Source: Escherichia coli
GTDB taxonomy: Bacteria; Pseudomonadota; Gammaproteobacteria; Enterobacterales; Enterobacteriaceae
Length of the DNA stretch: 64,000 nucleotides
Reading direction: 5' to 3' (one strand)
Assembly (NCBI RefSeq): GCF_016026235.1
Contig: NZ_CP065613.1
Shown here: positions 26,544-40,363 of the stretch, in pieces
How positions within the stretch are numbered: the stretch's first letter is position 1
Layout of the letters: every line of letters starts with the position of its first letter
Program-made: the position numbers and the translations under genes
Notes under the pieces: model-generated
Told to the model about the DNA's origin: nothing
The model's input: only the letters and a program-made list of their open reading frames with translations
Databases searched by the model: none

Positions 26544-27299
26544 ATGGATCACGCAATTTATACCGCGATGGGAGCAGCCAGCCAGACGCTGAATCAACAG
26601 GCGGTAACCGCCAGTAATCTGGCCAATGCCTCTACGCCCGGTTTTCGCGCGCAGTTAAACGCCTTGCGTGCAGTGCCGGTGGAAGGGCTTTCACTGCCCA
26701 CGCGCACGCTGGTAACGGCGTCAACACCGGGTGCAGACATGACGCCCGGCAAGATGGATTACACCTCGCGCCCGCTGGACGTTGCGTTGCAGCAGGATGG
26801 CTGGCTGGCCGTGCAGTCCGCTGACGGCAGCGAAGGGTATACGCGTAATGGCAGCATTCAGGTTGATCCCACCGGGCAACTGACAATTCAGGGGCATCCG
26901 GTGATAGGCGAGGCTGGGCCAATTGCTGTGCCGGAAGGGGCGGAAATCACTATTGCTGCCGATGGCACAATCTCGGCGCTTAATCCGGGCGATCCGGCAA
27001 ATACGGTTGCGCCAGTAGGGCGTCTTAAACTGGTGAAAGCCACGGGCAGCGAAGTGCAGCGCGGTGACGACGGCATTTTTCGTTTAAGCGCAGAAACCCA
27101 GGCCACGCGTGGGCCGGTACTGCAGGCAGATCCAACCTTGCGTGTGATGTCGGGGGTTCTGGAAGGCAGTAACGTCAATGCCGTTGCGGCAATGAGCGAC
27201 ATGATTGCCAGCGCGCGGCGTTTTGAAATGCAGATGAAGGTGATCAGCAGCGTCGATGATAACGCAGGCCGTGCCAACCAACTGCTGTCGATGAGTTAA
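26544..27299 (+). CDS. flgF: Flagellar proximal rod protein FlgF
   Basis: 251 aa. Confidence 0.95.
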   Translation: MDHAIYTAMGAASQTLNQQAVTASNLANASTPGFRAQLNALRAVPVEGLSLPTRTLVTASTPGADMTPGKMDYTSRPLDVALQQDGWLAVQSADGSEGYTRNGSIQVDPTGQLTIQGHPVIGEAGPIAVPEGAEITIAADGTISALNPGDPANTVAPVGRLKLVKATGSEVQRGDDGIFRLSAETQATRGPVLQADPTLRVMSGVLEGSNVNAVAAMSDMIASARRFEMQMKVISSVDDNAGRANQLLSMS

Positions 27300-27324
27300 T
27301 TGAAAGGATACATGACAAGTATAA

Positions 27325-27430
<106 letters not shown>

Positions 27431-27452
27431 GACATATGCACTTTGTCACTAA

Positions 27453-28253
<801 letters not shown>

Positions 28254-28305
28254 GGCTTAACCGGTGGCAGGTTCACCGGTTTACTGATTTTTGAAGATGA
28301 TAGCC

Positions 28306-29004
28306 ATGCAAAAAAACGCTGCGCATACTTATGCCATTTCCAGCTTGTTGGTGCTTTCACTAACCGGCTGCGCCTGGATACCCTCCACGCCGCTGGTGCA
28401 GGGGGCGACCAGTGCACAACCGGTTCCCGGTCCGACGCCCGTCGCCAACGGTTCTATTTTCCAGTCTGCTCAGCCGATTAACTATGGCTATCAACCGCTG
28501 TTTGAAGATCGTCGACCACGCAATATTGGCGATACGCTGACCATCGTGTTGCAGGAGAACGTCAGCGCCAGCAAAAGCTCCTCTGCGAATGCCAGCCGTG
28601 ACGGTAAAACTAATTTTGGCTTTGATACTGTGCCGCGCTATTTGCAGGGGCTGTTTGGTAACGCTCGTGCCGATGTCGAAGCCTCCGGTGGTAACACGTT
28701 CAACGGAAAGGGCGGGGCCAATGCCAGCAATACCTTTAGCGGCACGTTGACGGTGACGGTTGACCAGGTACTGGTCAACGGCAACCTGCATGTGGTGGGT
28801 GAAAAACAGATTGCCATTAATCAGGGTACCGAATTTATTCGCTTCTCGGGCGTGGTTAATCCACGCACTATCAGCGGCAGCAATACCGTACCGTCTACTC
28901 AGGTGGCGGATGCGCGTATTGAATACGTAGGCAATGGCTACATTAACGAAGCGCAAAATATGGGCTGGTTGCAGCGTTTCTTCCTTAACCTGTCGCCAAT
29001 GTAA
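28306..29004 (+). CDS. flgH: Flagellar L-ring lipoprotein FlgH
   Basis: 232 aa from [22 protein letters not shown]. Confidence 0.93.
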
Positions 29005-29015
29005 GTGAGGCTGTG

Positions 29016-30113
29016 GTGATTAAATTTCTCTCTGCATTAATTCTTCTGCTGGTTACGACGGCGGCTCAGGCTGAGCGTATTCGCGATCTCACCAGTGTTC
29101 AGGGGGTAAGGCAAAACTCACTGATTGGCTATGGTCTGGTGGTGGGGCTGGATGGCACCGGTGACCAGACAACCCAGACGCCGTTTACCACACAAACGCT
29201 TAATAACATGCTCTCACAGCTGGGAATTACCGTTCCGACGGGCACCAATATGCAGCTAAAAAACGTCGCTGCGGTAATGGTGACAGCGTCACTTCCTCCG
29301 TTTGGACGTCAGGGGCAAACCATCGATGTGGTGGTTTCTTCCATGGGAAATGCCAAAAGCTTGCGTGGAGGTACGTTGTTGATGACGCCGCTTAAGGGCG
29401 TTGACAGTCAGGTGTATGCGCTGGCGCAGGGCAATATTCTGGTTGGCGGCGCAGGAGCCTCCGCTGGCGGTAGCAGTGTTCAGGTGAACCAACTGAACGG
29501 TGGACGGATCACCAATGGTGCGGTTATTGAACGTGAATTGCCCAGCCAGTTTGGCGTCGGGAATACCCTTAATTTGCAACTTAACGACGAAGATTTCAGC
29601 ATGGCGCAGCAAATTGCTGACACCATCAACCGCGTGCGTGGATATGGCAGCGCCACCGCGTTAGATGCGCGGACTATTCAGGTGCGCGTACCGAGTGGCA
29701 ACAGTTCCCAGGTCCGCTTCCTTGCCGATATCCAGAATATGCAGGTTAATGTCACCCCGCAGGACGCTAAAGTAGTGATTAACTCGCGCACCGGTTCGGT
29801 GGTGATGAATCGCGAAGTGACCCTCGACAGCTGCGCGGTAGCGCAGGGAAATCTCTCAGTAACAGTCAATCGTCAGGCCAATGTCAGCCAGCCAGATACA
29901 CCGTTTGGTGGTGGACAGACTGTGGTTACTCCACAAACGCAGATCGATTTACGCCAGAGCGGCGGTTCGCTGCAAAGCGTACGTTCCAGCGCCAGCCTCA
30001 ATAACGTGGTGCGCGCGCTCAATGCGCTGGGAGCTACGCCGATGGATCTGATGTCTATTTTGCAATCAATGCAAAGTGCGGGATGTCTGCGGGCAAAACT
30101 GGAAATCATCTGA
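29016..30113 (+). CDS. flgI: Flagellar P-ring protein FlgI (GTG start)
   Basis: 365 aa from (M)[18 protein letters not shown]. Confidence 0.92.
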
Positions 30114-31054
30114 TGATCAGCGACAGCAAACTACTGGCAAGTGCGGCCTGGGATGCGCAATCACTCAACGAACTAAAGGCGAAAGCGGGCGAAGATCCGG
30201 CGGCAAATATCCGTCCGGTGGCCCGCCAGGTGGAAGGGATGTTCGTGCAGATGATGTTGAAAAGCATGCGCGACGCTTTACCAAAAGATGGCCTGTTCAG
30301 CAGCGAGCACACTCGTCTGTATACCAGTATGTATGACCAGCAAATTGCCCAACAGATGACGGCGGGCAAAGGTCTGGGGCTTGCAGAGATGATGGTTAAA
30401 CAGATGACGCCAGAACAACCATTGCCAGAGGAGTCCACGCCAGCAGCACCGATGAAATTCCCGCTCGAAACCGTGGTGCGTTATCAAAATCAGGCGCTTT
30501 CGCAGCTGGTGCAAAAGGCCGTGCCACGTAACTACGATGATTCGCTGCCGGGTGACAGTAAAGCATTCCTCGCGCAACTCTCGCTGCCCGCCCAACTGGC
30601 AAGCCAGCAAAGCGGTGTGCCACATCATTTGATCCTCGCTCAGGCGGCACTGGAATCTGGTTGGGGGCAACGGCAAATCCGCCGCGAAAACGGCGAGCCG
30701 AGCTATAACCTGTTTGGTGTCAAAGCCTCTGGCAACTGGAAAGGGCCAGTTACTGAAATCACCACGACTGAATATGAAAACGGCGAAGCGAAGAAAGTAA
30801 AAGCGAAGTTTCGCGTCTACAGCTCGTATCTGGAAGCCTTGTCGGATTACGTTGGGCTGTTAACGCGTAACCCGCGCTACGCCGCCGTGACGACCGCCGC
30901 GAGTGCGGAACAGGGGGCGCAGGCCCTACAGGACGCGGGCTATGCCACCGATCCTCACTATGCCCGCAAACTCACCAACATGATTCAGCAGATGAAATCG
31001 ATAAGCGACAAGGTGAGCAAAACCTACAGTATGAACATTGATAATCTGTTCTGA
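30113..31054 (+). CDS. flgJ: Flagellar rod assembly protein and muramidase FlgJ
   Basis: 313 aa from [14 protein letters not shown]; the ATG overlaps the flgI stop. Confidence 0.93.
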   Translation: MISDSKLLASAAWDAQSLNELKAKAGEDPAANIRPVARQVEGMFVQMMLKSMRDALPKDGLFSSEHTRLYTSMYDQQIAQQMTAGKGLGLAEMMVKQMTPEQPLPEESTPAAPMKFPLETVVRYQNQALSQLVQKAVPRNYDDSLPGDSKAFLAQLSLPAQLASQQSGVPHHLILAQAALESGWGQRQIRRENGEPSYNLFGVKASGNWKGPVTEITTTEYENGEAKKVKAKFRVYSSYLEALSDYVGLLTRNPRYAAVTTAASAEQGAQALQDAGYATDPHYARKLTNMIQQMKSISDKVSKTYSMNIDNLF

Positions 31055-31119
31055 ATAACTCAAGTCCGGCGGGTCGCTGCCGATAATACTCTGTAATTGA
31101 AGGCTTATAAGGAACCTCC

Positions 31120-32763
31120 ATGTCCAGCTTGATTAATAACGCCATGAGCGGACTGAACGCGGCCCAGGCGGCGTTAAATACGGCAAGTAATAATATCTCC
31201 AGCTATAACGTTGCCGGATATACCCGCCAAACCACTATTATGGCGCAGGCCAATAGCACGTTGGGCGCTGGCGGCTGGGTTGGCAATGGTGTCTACGTTT
31301 CTGGTGTGCAGCGTGAGTATGATGCTTTTATTACCAACCAGTTACGTGCGGCGCAGACGCAAAGTAGCGGCCTGACTGCCCGCTATGAGCAGATGTCGAA
31401 AATCGACAATATGCTCTCCACCAGTACCTCTTCGCTGGCAACACAGATGCAGGATTTCTTCACCAGCCTGCAAACGCTGGTGAGTAACGCGGAAGACCCG
31501 GCAGCGCGCCAGGCGCTGATTGGGAAATCAGAAGGGTTGGTGAATCAGTTTAAAACCACCGATCAATATCTGCGCGACCAGGACAAACAGGTCAATATCG
31601 CGATAGGTGCCAGCGTTGATCAGATCAACAATTACGCTAAACAAATTGCCAGCCTGAACGATCAAATCTCGCGCCTGACAGGCGTGGGGGCAGGGGCGTC
31701 ACCTAACAATCTGCTGGATCAACGCGATCAACTGGTGAGCGAATTAAACCAGATTGTTGGCGTAGAAGTCAGCGTTCAGGATGGCGGTACTTATAACATC
31801 ACGATGGCCAATGGTTACTCACTGGTTCAGGGAAGTACGGCGCGGCAACTGGCGGCAGTTCCTTCCAGCGCCGACCCTTCTCGTACGACTGTCGCTTACG
31901 TTGATGGGACGGCAGGCAATATTGAGATCCCGGAGAAATTACTGAATACCGGGTCGCTGGGCGGCATTCTGACATTCCGTTCTCAGGATCTGGACCAGAC
32001 GCGTAATACGCTTGGACAACTGGCGCTGGCATTTGCCGAGGCTTTCAACAGCCAACACAAAGCCGGATTTGATGCCAACGGCGATGCTGGTGAAGATTTC
32101 TTTGCTATCGGTAAGCCCGCGGTTCTGCAAAACACGAAAAACAAAGGTGACGTTGCGATCGGTGCCACGGTAACTGATGCCTCCGCGGTACTGGCAACAG
32201 ATTACAAAATCTCGTTCGATAATAATCAGTGGCAGGTCACCCGCCTTGCCAGCAATACCACTTTTACGGTGACGCCGGATGCCAACGGTAAAGTGGCATT
32301 TGATGGTCTGGAGTTGACGTTTACAGGAACGCCTGCCGTTAACGACAGCTTCACGCTGAAACCAGTAAGTGACGCCATCGTCAACATGGATGTATTAATC
32401 ACCGACGAAGCGAAAATCGCGATGGCGAGCGAAGAAGATGCGGGTGATAGCGACAACCGCAACGGTCAGGCCCTGCTGGATCTGCAAAGCAACAGTAAAA
32501 CGGTGGGCGGTGCGAAATCCTTTAACGACGCTTATGCCTCGTTAGTGAGTGATATCGGTAATAAAACCGCGACGTTGAAAACCAGTAGCACCACGCAAGG
32601 TAATGTGGTGACGCAGCTTTCCAATCAGCAGCAGTCGATTTCCGGTGTCAATCTCGATGAGGAGTACGGAAATCTGCAACGTTTTCAGCAGTATTACCTG
32701 GCGAATGCGCAGGTTCTGCAGACGGCAAACGCGATTTTTGATGCGCTGATTAACATTCGCTAA
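31120..32763 (+). CDS. flgK: Hook-filament junction protein FlgK
   Basis: 547 aa. Confidence 0.95.
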   Translation: MSSLINNAMSGLNAAQAALNTASNNISSYNVAGYTRQTTIMAQANSTLGAGGWVGNGVYVSGVQREYDAFITNQLRAAQTQSSGLTARYEQMSKIDNMLSTSTSSLATQMQDFFTSLQTLVSNAEDPAARQALIGKSEGLVNQFKTTDQYLRDQDKQVNIAIGASVDQINNYAKQIASLNDQISRLTGVGAGASPNNLLDQRDQLVSELNQIVGVEVSVQDGGTYNITMANGYSLVQGSTARQLAAVPSSADPSRTTVAYVDGTAGNIEIPEKLLNTGSLGGILTFRSQDLDQTRNTLGQLALAFAEAFNSQHKAGFDANGDAGEDFFAIGKPAVLQNTKNKGDVAIGATVTDASAVLATDYKISFDNNQWQVTRLASNTTFTVTPDANGKVAFDGLELTFTGTPAVNDSFTLKPVSDAIVNMDVLITDEAKIAMASEEDAGDSDNRNGQALLDLQSNSKTVGGAKSFNDAYASLVSDIGNKTATLKTSSTTQGNVVTQLSNQQQSISGVNLDEEYGNLQRFQQYYLANAQVLQTANAIFDALINIR

Positions 32764-32774
32764 GGGGAGATAAA

Positions 32775-33728
32775 ATGCGTTTCAGTACCCAGATGATGTA
32801 CCAGCAAAACATGCGCGGCATCACCAATTCTCAGGCAGAATGGATGAAGTACGGCGAGCAGATGTCGACGGGTAAGCGAGTCGTTAACCCTTCAGACGAT
32901 CCCATTGCTGCATCACAAGCTGTTGTTCTCTCCCAGGCACAGGCGCAAAACAGCCAGTACACGCTGGCACGTACTTTCGCCACTCAAAAAGTGTCACTGG
33001 AAGAGAGTGTACTTAGCCAGGTCACCACTGCTATCCAGAATGCTCAGGAAAAAATTGTCTACGCCAGCAATGGCACCTTGAGTGACGATGACCGGGCCTC
33101 GCTGGCTACGGATATTCAGGGGCTTCGTGACCAGTTGCTGAATCTGGCGAACACCACTGACGGTAATGGGCGCTACATTTTTGCCGGTTATAAAACAGAG
33201 ACTGCGCCGTTTAGTGAGGCTAACGGTGATTATGTCGGCGGAACAGAAAGTATTAAACAACAGGTCGATGCTTCGCGTTCGATGGTGATAGGACATACGG
33301 GCGACAAAATTTTCGACAGTATTACCAGTAACGCGGTAGCGGAACCAGACGGTAGCGCTTCTGAAACCAATCTTTTTGCCATGCTGGATAGCGCCATCGC
33401 AGCCCTGAAAACGCCGGTCGCGGATAGCGAAGCGGATAAAGAAATCGCCGCTGCGGCATTGGATAAAACCAACCGTGGACTGAAAAACTCGCTGAATAAT
33501 GTCCTTACCGTTCGCGCGGAATTAGGCACGCAGCTGAACGAACTGGAGTCGCTGGATTCATTAGGTAGCGATCGCGCTTTAGGGCAAACGCAGCAGATGA
33601 GCGATCTGGTTGATGTGGACTGGAATGCAACTATTTCATCTTACATCATGCAGCAAACGGCATTGCAGGCATCGTATAAAGCATTTACCGATATGCAGGG
33701 ATTGTCGCTCTTCCAGCTCAACAAATAA
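32775..33728 (+). CDS. flgL: Hook-filament junction protein FlgL
   Basis: 317 aa. Confidence 0.95.
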   Translation: MRFSTQMMYQQNMRGITNSQAEWMKYGEQMSTGKRVVNPSDDPIAASQAVVLSQAQAQNSQYTLARTFATQKVSLEESVLSQVTTAIQNAQEKIVYASNGTLSDDDRASLATDIQGLRDQLLNLANTTDGNGRYIFAGYKTETAPFSEANGDYVGGTESIKQQVDASRSMVIGHTGDKIFDSITSNAVAEPDGSASETNLFAMLDSAIAALKTPVADSEADKEIAAAALDKTNRGLKNSLNNVLTVRAELGTQLNELESLDSLGSDRALGQTQQMSDLVDVDWNATISSYIMQQTALQASYKAFTDMQGLSLFQLNK

Positions 33729-33874
33729 GCTCGCTTTAAAACATATCATGAAACTGGGTATGTTTTGTCTGCCTGCTCTGGGATCGCCGGGGCGGGCATT
33801 TTTTTTGCCTATTTTGCATTGTTGGTTAGCAAGGATGCCATTTGATGAATTTTAATATGTTGATTCAAAGATGA

Positions 33875-33906
33875 AATAAAAAAGCCCTGGCAGTTACCAG
33901 GGCTTG
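33875..33906 (-). terminator. Rho-independent terminator downstream of rne
   Basis: Minus-strand stem GCCCTGGTAACTGCCAGGGC followed by a T-run. Confidence 0.65.
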
Positions 33907-33924
33907 ATTACTTTGAGCTAATTA

Positions 33925-36900
33925 TTACTCAACAGGTTGCGGACGCGCAGGAGCGGCAGAGGCATGATGCGTTGCCGTATGACCACCTGCGGCACCTTTA
34001 CCTTCGAAGGCAAAAGTAGGGCGCTGCCAGTCACTGTGACGCGGTGCCTCCGGAACATATTCCGGTGCCGGAGCGCGCGTCATTGGCGCGGTAGCGTGGT
34101 TATGCTCAACGGTGATCTCTGGTTCAACCGCGGCTACCGTTTCAACTTCTGCTGCGACTTCAGCGACGACTGGCGCGGCAGGTTGAGCAACAACTTCAGG
34201 TTCAGCAACCACAACCTCAGCAGTTTCGGCAACTTCTTCAATATCTGCCGTCTCTTCCTGCGGTTCAACCACCGGTTCTGCGTGTTCTGCGACTTCCTGG
34301 GCTACGGCAACATCAGACTCGGTAATCACCTGCGGCTGTTCAGTTACCGCGGCGGCAATCACTTCAGGATGCGTCGTTTCAACCACTTCCGGTTGCGGTT
34401 CGGCAACCGGTACGGGGGCTTCTACGACTTCAGCCATTTCTTCAACAACTGGCGCGCTAACAACAGGTTCGACAGCGGCGGCGACAGGGACCTCAGTCAC
34501 CATCGGCTGCACTTGTACTTCTTCCTGTTCGCGCTGCTCTTCAACTTGTACATCTTGCGGACGTACAATTGGATAGCGGATCCAGACTTTGCCAGAGGCC
34601 AGTTCCGGAGACGCGCACGCTACGGTCAACGGCATTGGCGACTGGGTTGGATAACGCTCGTCACGATAGCGACGACGACGCTGACCACTCACGCGCAGGT
34701 GACGAGGCGAGCGGCGAGAACGACGCGGCATGCCACCGTTGTCACGGTTATCAGCATTGTTCTCTTCTTGCTGTTCTGGTGCGGTTTGCGCTACGACTGG
34801 CAGCGGGACTTTCACCAGTTCTGTGCGTGGAGCTGGAGCTTCCTGAACAATTGGTTCGGCAGCGGCAGTTTCTTCAACCACCGGTGCGACTACCGCTTCT
34901 TCGGCTACGCTTTGCTCGTAACGCACTTTCTGATTGAGCTGACGCTGTTTACGACGCGGCTGAACCGGACGTACACGTTCTTCCTGTTCGGTTTCCTGAA
35001 CAGATTGCTCTTCAACATTCAGCGCCTTCGCTTCTTGTTGCGCCTGACGTTTATCATCGTTACGGCGGCGGCTACGTTCACGACGCGGCGCTTGCTGCTC
35101 GTCGGTGGTACGTGCTTTTTCCGTTACCTCAGCTTGCTGACGGCTCTCACGCGTCTCGGCAGTCTGCTGCTGTGCCTGGCGACGATTACGACGGTTTTCT
35201 TCGCGATTATCGCTGCCTTCAGTACGTTCGCTACGGGTGTCGCGGCGCTCATTACGGTCACGGCGGTTGTTCTGACGAGGCTTGCGACGATCCTGTTGAC
35301 GTTCCGGTTTCGCTTCTGCTTTCGGTGCTGGTTGCTCGGTCGGTTTGGTTTCTTCACTACCGCTGAACAGCGCTTTCAGTGCGCCGAAGAAGCGGCTCAA
35401 CAGCCCAGGTTGTGCAGGAGTTGCTGGTGTTGCCGGTGCAGCTTTCGGTGCTGGGGCTACAACAGGCGCGGCAGGTTCAGCTGGCGTTGGCGCTGGCGGC
35501 ACATCCGGCATGGCAAAGGTTGCCAGCGCAGGTTGTTCCGGACGCTTACGTTCAGCGAACTCTTCTTCAGACGGCAGCGCCATCGCTTCTTCATGCAGCT
35601 TCGGCAGCATGTAGCTTAAGGTTGGGGTTTCTTCCCCTTTACGCACGCGCAGCACGTGGTAGTGCGGGGTTTCCATCTGATCGTTTGGCACAATTACACA
35701 GCGCACACCGTCCTGACGAGTTTCAATGGCATTTACCGCAGAACGTTTTTCATTCAGCAGGTAAGAAGCGATTGGCACAGGAACAATGGCGTGAACTTCC
35801 TGGGTGTTCTCTTTCAGCGCTTCTTCTTCGATCAGACGCAGAATAGAGAGCGACAGCGATTCGTTGTCACGCACGGTGCCAGTACCAGAACAACGCGGAC
35901 AAACGTGATGACTGGATTCACCCAGTGATGGGCTCAGGCGCTGACGGGACATTTCCAGCAGGCCAAAGCGAGAAATATGGCTGATTTGAATACGCGCACG
36001 GTCCTGACGCACCGCTTCACGCAGACGGTTTTCTACCGCACGCTGGTGGCGTACAGGCGTCATGTCGATGAAGTCGATAACAATCAGGCCGCCGAGGTCA
36101 CGCAGGCGCAGCTGACGAGCAATCTCATCGGCAGCTTCCAGGTTGGTGTTAAACGCAGTTTCTTCGATATCGCCGCCACGGGTCGCGCGTGCGGAGTTGA
36201 TGTCGATGGCTGTTAACGCTTCGGTGCTGTCGATAACAATGGAACCACCGGATGGCAGACGGACTTCACGCTGGAAGGCGGACTCGATCTGCGACTCGAT
36301 CTGGTAGTGGCTGAACAGCGGGATCTCGCCGGTGTACAGTTTGATTTTGCTGCTGAAATCCGGGCGACCTAATGCAGCGATATGCTGACGTGCCAGTTCG
36401 AGCACTTTCGGGTTATCGATAAGGATTTCGCCGATGTCCTGACGTAAGTAATCGCGGAATGCGCGAACGATTACGTTGCTCTCCTGATGAATCAGGAACG
36501 GGGCCGGGCGGCTTTCAGCGGCTTTTTTGATGGCTTCCCAGTGTTTCAGACGGAAGCTTAAATCCCATTGCAGCGCCTCAGCAGATTTGCCGACGCCAGC
36601 GGTGCGCACGATAAGCCCCATGCCTTCCGGCAGTTCAAGGCTTGCCAGTGCTTCTTTTAATTCGGTACGGTCGTCGCCTTCGATACGGCGAGAAATGCCA
36701 CCCGCGCGCGGGTTGTTCGGCATCAGAACCAGATAGCTACCCGCCAGACTGATAAAGGTGGTTAATGCCGCGCCTTTGTTGCCGCGCTCTTCTTTATCGA
36801 TCTGAACAATGACTTCCTGACCTTCACGCAACACATCTTTAATGTTGGGACGACCATGAGCACTGTAGTTAGCAGGGAAATATTCGCGGGCAATTTCTTT

Positions 36901-37110
36901 TAGTGGGAGGAAACCGTGACGTTCAGCGCCGTAATCAACAAAAGCAGCTTCCAGACTCGGTTCAATGCGGGTGATTTTACCTTTGTAGATGTTTGCCTTT
37001 TTCTGCTCGTGCCCTGGACTTTCGATATCCAGGTCATACAGACGCTGCCCATCTACAAGGGCAACGCGCAACTCTTCCTGCTGAGTTGCGTTGATTAACA
37101 TTCTTTTCAT
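33925..37110 (-). CDS. rne: Ribonuclease E
   Basis: 1061 aa from [30 protein letters not shown]; arginine/proline-rich C-terminal scaffold region. Confidence 0.96.
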   Translation of the reverse strand: MKRMLINATQQEELRVALVDGQRLYDLDIESPGHEQKKANIYKGKITRIEPSLEAAFVDYGAERHGFLPLKEIAREYFPANYSAHGRPNIKDVLREGQEVIVQIDKEERGNKGAALTTFISLAGSYLVLMPNNPRAGGISRRIEGDDRTELKEALASLELPEGMGLIVRTAGVGKSAEALQWDLSFRLKHWEAIKKAAESRPAPFLIHQESNVIVRAFRDYLRQDIGEILIDNPKVLELARQHIAALGRPDFSSKIKLYTGEIPLFSHYQIESQIESAFQREVRLPSGGSIVIDSTEALTAIDINSARATRGGDIEETAFNTNLEAADEIARQLRLRDLGGLIVIDFIDMTPVRHQRAVENRLREAVRQDRARIQISHISRFGLLEMSRQRLSPSLGESSHHVCPRCSGTGTVRDNESLSLSILRLIEEEALKENTQEVHAIVPVPIASYLLNEKRSAVNAIETRQDGVRCVIVPNDQMETPHYHVLRVRKGEETPTLSYMLPKLHEEAMALPSEEEFAERKRPEQPALATFAMPDVPPAPTPAEPAAPVVAPAPKAAPATPATPAQPGLLSRFFGALKALFSGSEETKPTEQPAPKAEAKPERQQDRRKPRQNNRRDRNERRDTRSERTEGSDNREENRRNRRQAQQQTAETRESRQQAEVTEKARTTDEQQAPRRERSRRRNDDKRQAQQEAKALNVEEQSVQETEQEERVRPVQPRRKQRQLNQKVRYEQSVAEEAVVAPVVEETAAAEPIVQEAPAPRTELVKVPLPVVAQTAPEQQEENNADNRDNGGMPRRSRRSPRHLRVSGQRRRRYRDERYPTQSPMPLTVACASPELASGKVWIRYPIVRPQDVQVEEQREQEEVQVQPMVTEVPVAAAVEPVVSAPVVEEMAEVVEAPVPVAEPQPEVVETTHPEVIAAAVTEQPQVITESDVAVAQEVAEHAEPVVEPQEETADIEEVAETAEVVVAEPEVVAQPAAPVVAEVAAEVETVAAVEPEITVEHNHATAPMTRAPAPEYVPEAPRHSDWQRPTFAFEGKGAAGGHTATHHASAAPARPQPVE

Positions 37111-37471
37111 CGTAACTTACTCATTATTCTTACATTGACGACTAAGCTGCGGGCAAAGTAACGCCTTTCCGGGTGTGAACCGATGGCCTCGTGTCTAGTC
37201 GCGTCGCCAACCTCACGGTTATCGTCAGCTCAAAGAGGCGCAGAGTGTCGGTTGCCCGTTTTTCATGCGGAAAAACAGCGCAATTATCAAAGAAACAGAC
37301 TGGGTATTACTCTCCAGAAATATTTCCATCTACCGGTAAGGACTGCAACCCGCAGCCCGCTAACTGCCTGAAAGATCAATACGTCTTACGCCATTGCTGC
37401 GTGGATGATCGGTCGGGCAAAATGGGTTATTCCGTAAAATTTCTTGTTTTAACAAGGATGGACACGGAAAC
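37111..37471 (-). promoter_or_regulatory. rne 5' untranslated leader (autoregulatory region)
   Basis: Long non-coding stretch upstream of the rne start. Assignment follows established knowledge that rne has a ~360 nt autoregulatory leader; exact limits not determined here. Confidence 0.55.
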
Positions 37472-37682
37472 GGCCTCATTATTCCACTGCAAGCCTTGTT
37501 ATAGCAAGATGACTTTTACCATTTATCACCCGCTTACTCACAGTTTTTTCACTTCTTGCTGGTGATTGGTTTAATAACCATCAATAAAGTGATCACGTAG
37601 TGAAGTAATAAGGTGCAAAACTAAATATAAGCATAGAAAAATGAGTGGCGCGAATCCTGTTGGCTAATTAGAATCGCCCACC

Positions 37683-38642
37683 ATGAAAACAGAGACTCCA
37701 TCCGTAAAAATTGTTGCTATCACCGCTGACGAAGCGGGGCAACGTATCGATAACTTTTTGCGTACCCAATTGAAAGGCGTACCAAAAAGTATGATTTACC
37801 GTATTTTGCGTAAAGGCGAAGTGCGGGTGAACAAAAAACGTATTAAGCCTGAATATAAACTCGAAGCGGGTGATGAGGTGCGTATCCCACCGGTTCGCGT
37901 TGCTGAGCGGGAAGAAGAGGCGGTTTCGCCACATCTGCAAAAGGTGGCGGCGCTGGCGGACGTCATCTTATATGAAGATGATCATATCCTGGTGCTGAAT
38001 AAACCTTCCGGTACGGCGGTACATGGCGGCAGTGGTTTAAGCTTCGGCGTTATCGAAGGTTTGCGGGCGTTGCGCCCAGAAGCGCGGTTCCTTGAACTGG
38101 TTCATCGTCTCGACCGGGACACTTCAGGTGTGTTGCTGGTAGCGAAAAAACGCTCGGCGTTGCGTTCTCTGCATGAGCAATTACGTGAAAAAGGAATGCA
38201 AAAAGATTACCTGGCGCTGGTGCGCAGTCAGTGGCAGTCGCATGTGAAGAGCGTTCAAGCGCCGTTATTGAAAAATATTCTGCAAAGCGGCGAACGTATC
38301 GTGCGTGTCAGTCAGGAAGGCAAACCGTCGGAAACACGCTTTAAAGTGGAAGAACGCTATGCATTTGCCACCCTGGTGCGTTGTAGCCCGGTAACCGGAC
38401 GTACTCATCAGATCCGTGTGCATACACAGTATGCGGGTCATCCGATTGCCTTTGACGATCGCTACGGTGACCGTGAATTTGACAGACAGCTCACTGAAGC
38501 AGGCACGGGATTAAATCGTCTGTTCCTGCACGCCGCAGCGTTGAAGTTTACCCATCCGGGGACCGGTGAGGTGATGCGTATCGAAGCGCCGATGGATGAA
38601 GGTTTGAAGCGTTGTTTGCAAAAGCTGCGTAACGCGCGCTAA
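37683..38642 (+). CDS. rluC: 23S rRNA pseudouridine synthase RluC
   Basis: 319 aa. Confidence 0.94.
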   Translation: MKTETPSVKIVAITADEAGQRIDNFLRTQLKGVPKSMIYRILRKGEVRVNKKRIKPEYKLEAGDEVRIPPVRVAEREEEAVSPHLQKVAALADVILYEDDHILVLNKPSGTAVHGGSGLSFGVIEGLRALRPEARFLELVHRLDRDTSGVLLVAKKRSALRSLHEQLREKGMQKDYLALVRSQWQSHVKSVQAPLLKNILQSGERIVRVSQEGKPSETRFKVEERYAFATLVRCSPVTGRTHQIRVHTQYAGHPIAFDDRYGDREFDRQLTEAGTGLNRLFLHAAALKFTHPGTGEVMRIEAPMDEGLKRCLQKLRNAR

Positions 38643-38654
38643 TACAAGCATATA

Positions 38655-38750
38655 AGCCTGATAATGGGCGGTTGGCCTGATAAGGCGTTTACGCCGCATC
38701 AGGCCGCCTGCACCGATTGCCGGATGCGACGTAACCGCATCCGGCGCAAA
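38655..38750. repeat. REP-type palindromic units between rluC and yceF
   Basis: GCCTGATAAGGCGTTTACGCCGCATCAGGC and GCCGGATGCGACGTAACCGCATCCGGC read directly. Confidence 0.7.
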
Positions 38751-38753
38751 CAA

Positions 38754-39338
38754 CTATCCCATCAGCGGGTTTTTCCCTTCCCGACGTAACATCTGACACA
38801 GCGCGATTAGCGGTAAACCAACCAGCGTGTTAGGGTCACGTCCCTCTAAACGCTCAAACAGCGTAATGCCAAATCCTTCACTCTTAAAGCTACCCGCGCA
38901 GTGCAGGGGATGCTCCTTACGCACGTAATTATCAATCTCCGCCTCGCTCAGGTGACGGAAATGGACGTCAAAAGGCTCCACTTCTGTTTGTAGATGCCCA
39001 TTCGCCGAATTAAACAACGCCAGTCCAGTATAGAAGGTGACGATATTGCCGCTGGCTTTGCGTAATTGCAGACGGGCATTTTCTTCCGTTAACGGTTTAC
39101 CGGTGATTTCGCCATCAAGAACACATACCTGGTCTGAACCAATAATTAAATGATCCGGATAACGTGACGCCAGAGATTGCGCTTTTTCTTGTGCCAGTCG
39201 AAGCACCAACTGTCGCGGTGATTCGTCGCTGCGTGGGGTTTCGTCGACCTCTGGTGCTGCACATTCAAAAGAGATTTGCAGTTTTTCCAGAAGAGCGCGA
39301 CGCCATGGCGAGGTGGAGGCTAAAATAAGTTTAGGCAT
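38754..39338 (-). CDS. yceF: Maf-like nucleotide pyrophosphatase YceF
   Basis: 194 aa from [20 protein letters not shown]. Confidence 0.92.
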
Positions 39339-39524
39339 ATTTTTTTCCATCAGATATAGCGTATTGATGATAGCCATTTTAAACTATGCGCTTCGTTTTG
39401 CAGGTTGATGTTCGTTATCAGCACTGAACGAAAATAAAGCAGTAACCCGCAATGTGTGCGAATTATTGGCAAAAGGCAACCACAGGCTGCCTTTTTCTTT
39501 GACTCTATGACGTTACAAAGTTAA

Positions 39525-40058
<534 letters not shown>

Positions 40059-40097
40059 TTGGTGCTCCCCGTTGGATCGGGGATAAACCGTAATTGA

Positions 40098-40283
<186 letters not shown>

Positions 40284-40363
40284 TCACGCGTCTGCGTGAT
40301 GAAGCTTAGTGAGGATTTTCCCCAGGCAACTGGGGAAAGACCAAACCGGGCGGCGACGATACC

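Noticed and set aside
33937-35619. 560-aa ORF on the plus strand, plus several shorter ORFs, overlapping rne
   Set aside because: They lie antisense to the well-supported rne coding sequence and have low-complexity R/F/L-rich translations typical of spurious antisense frames in GC-rich, repetitive coding DNA.
37191-37565. 124-aa ORF (yceQ-like) between rne and rluC
   Set aside because: It overlaps the long rne 5' leader on the opposite strand and has no convincing protein features; treated as a dubious ORF.
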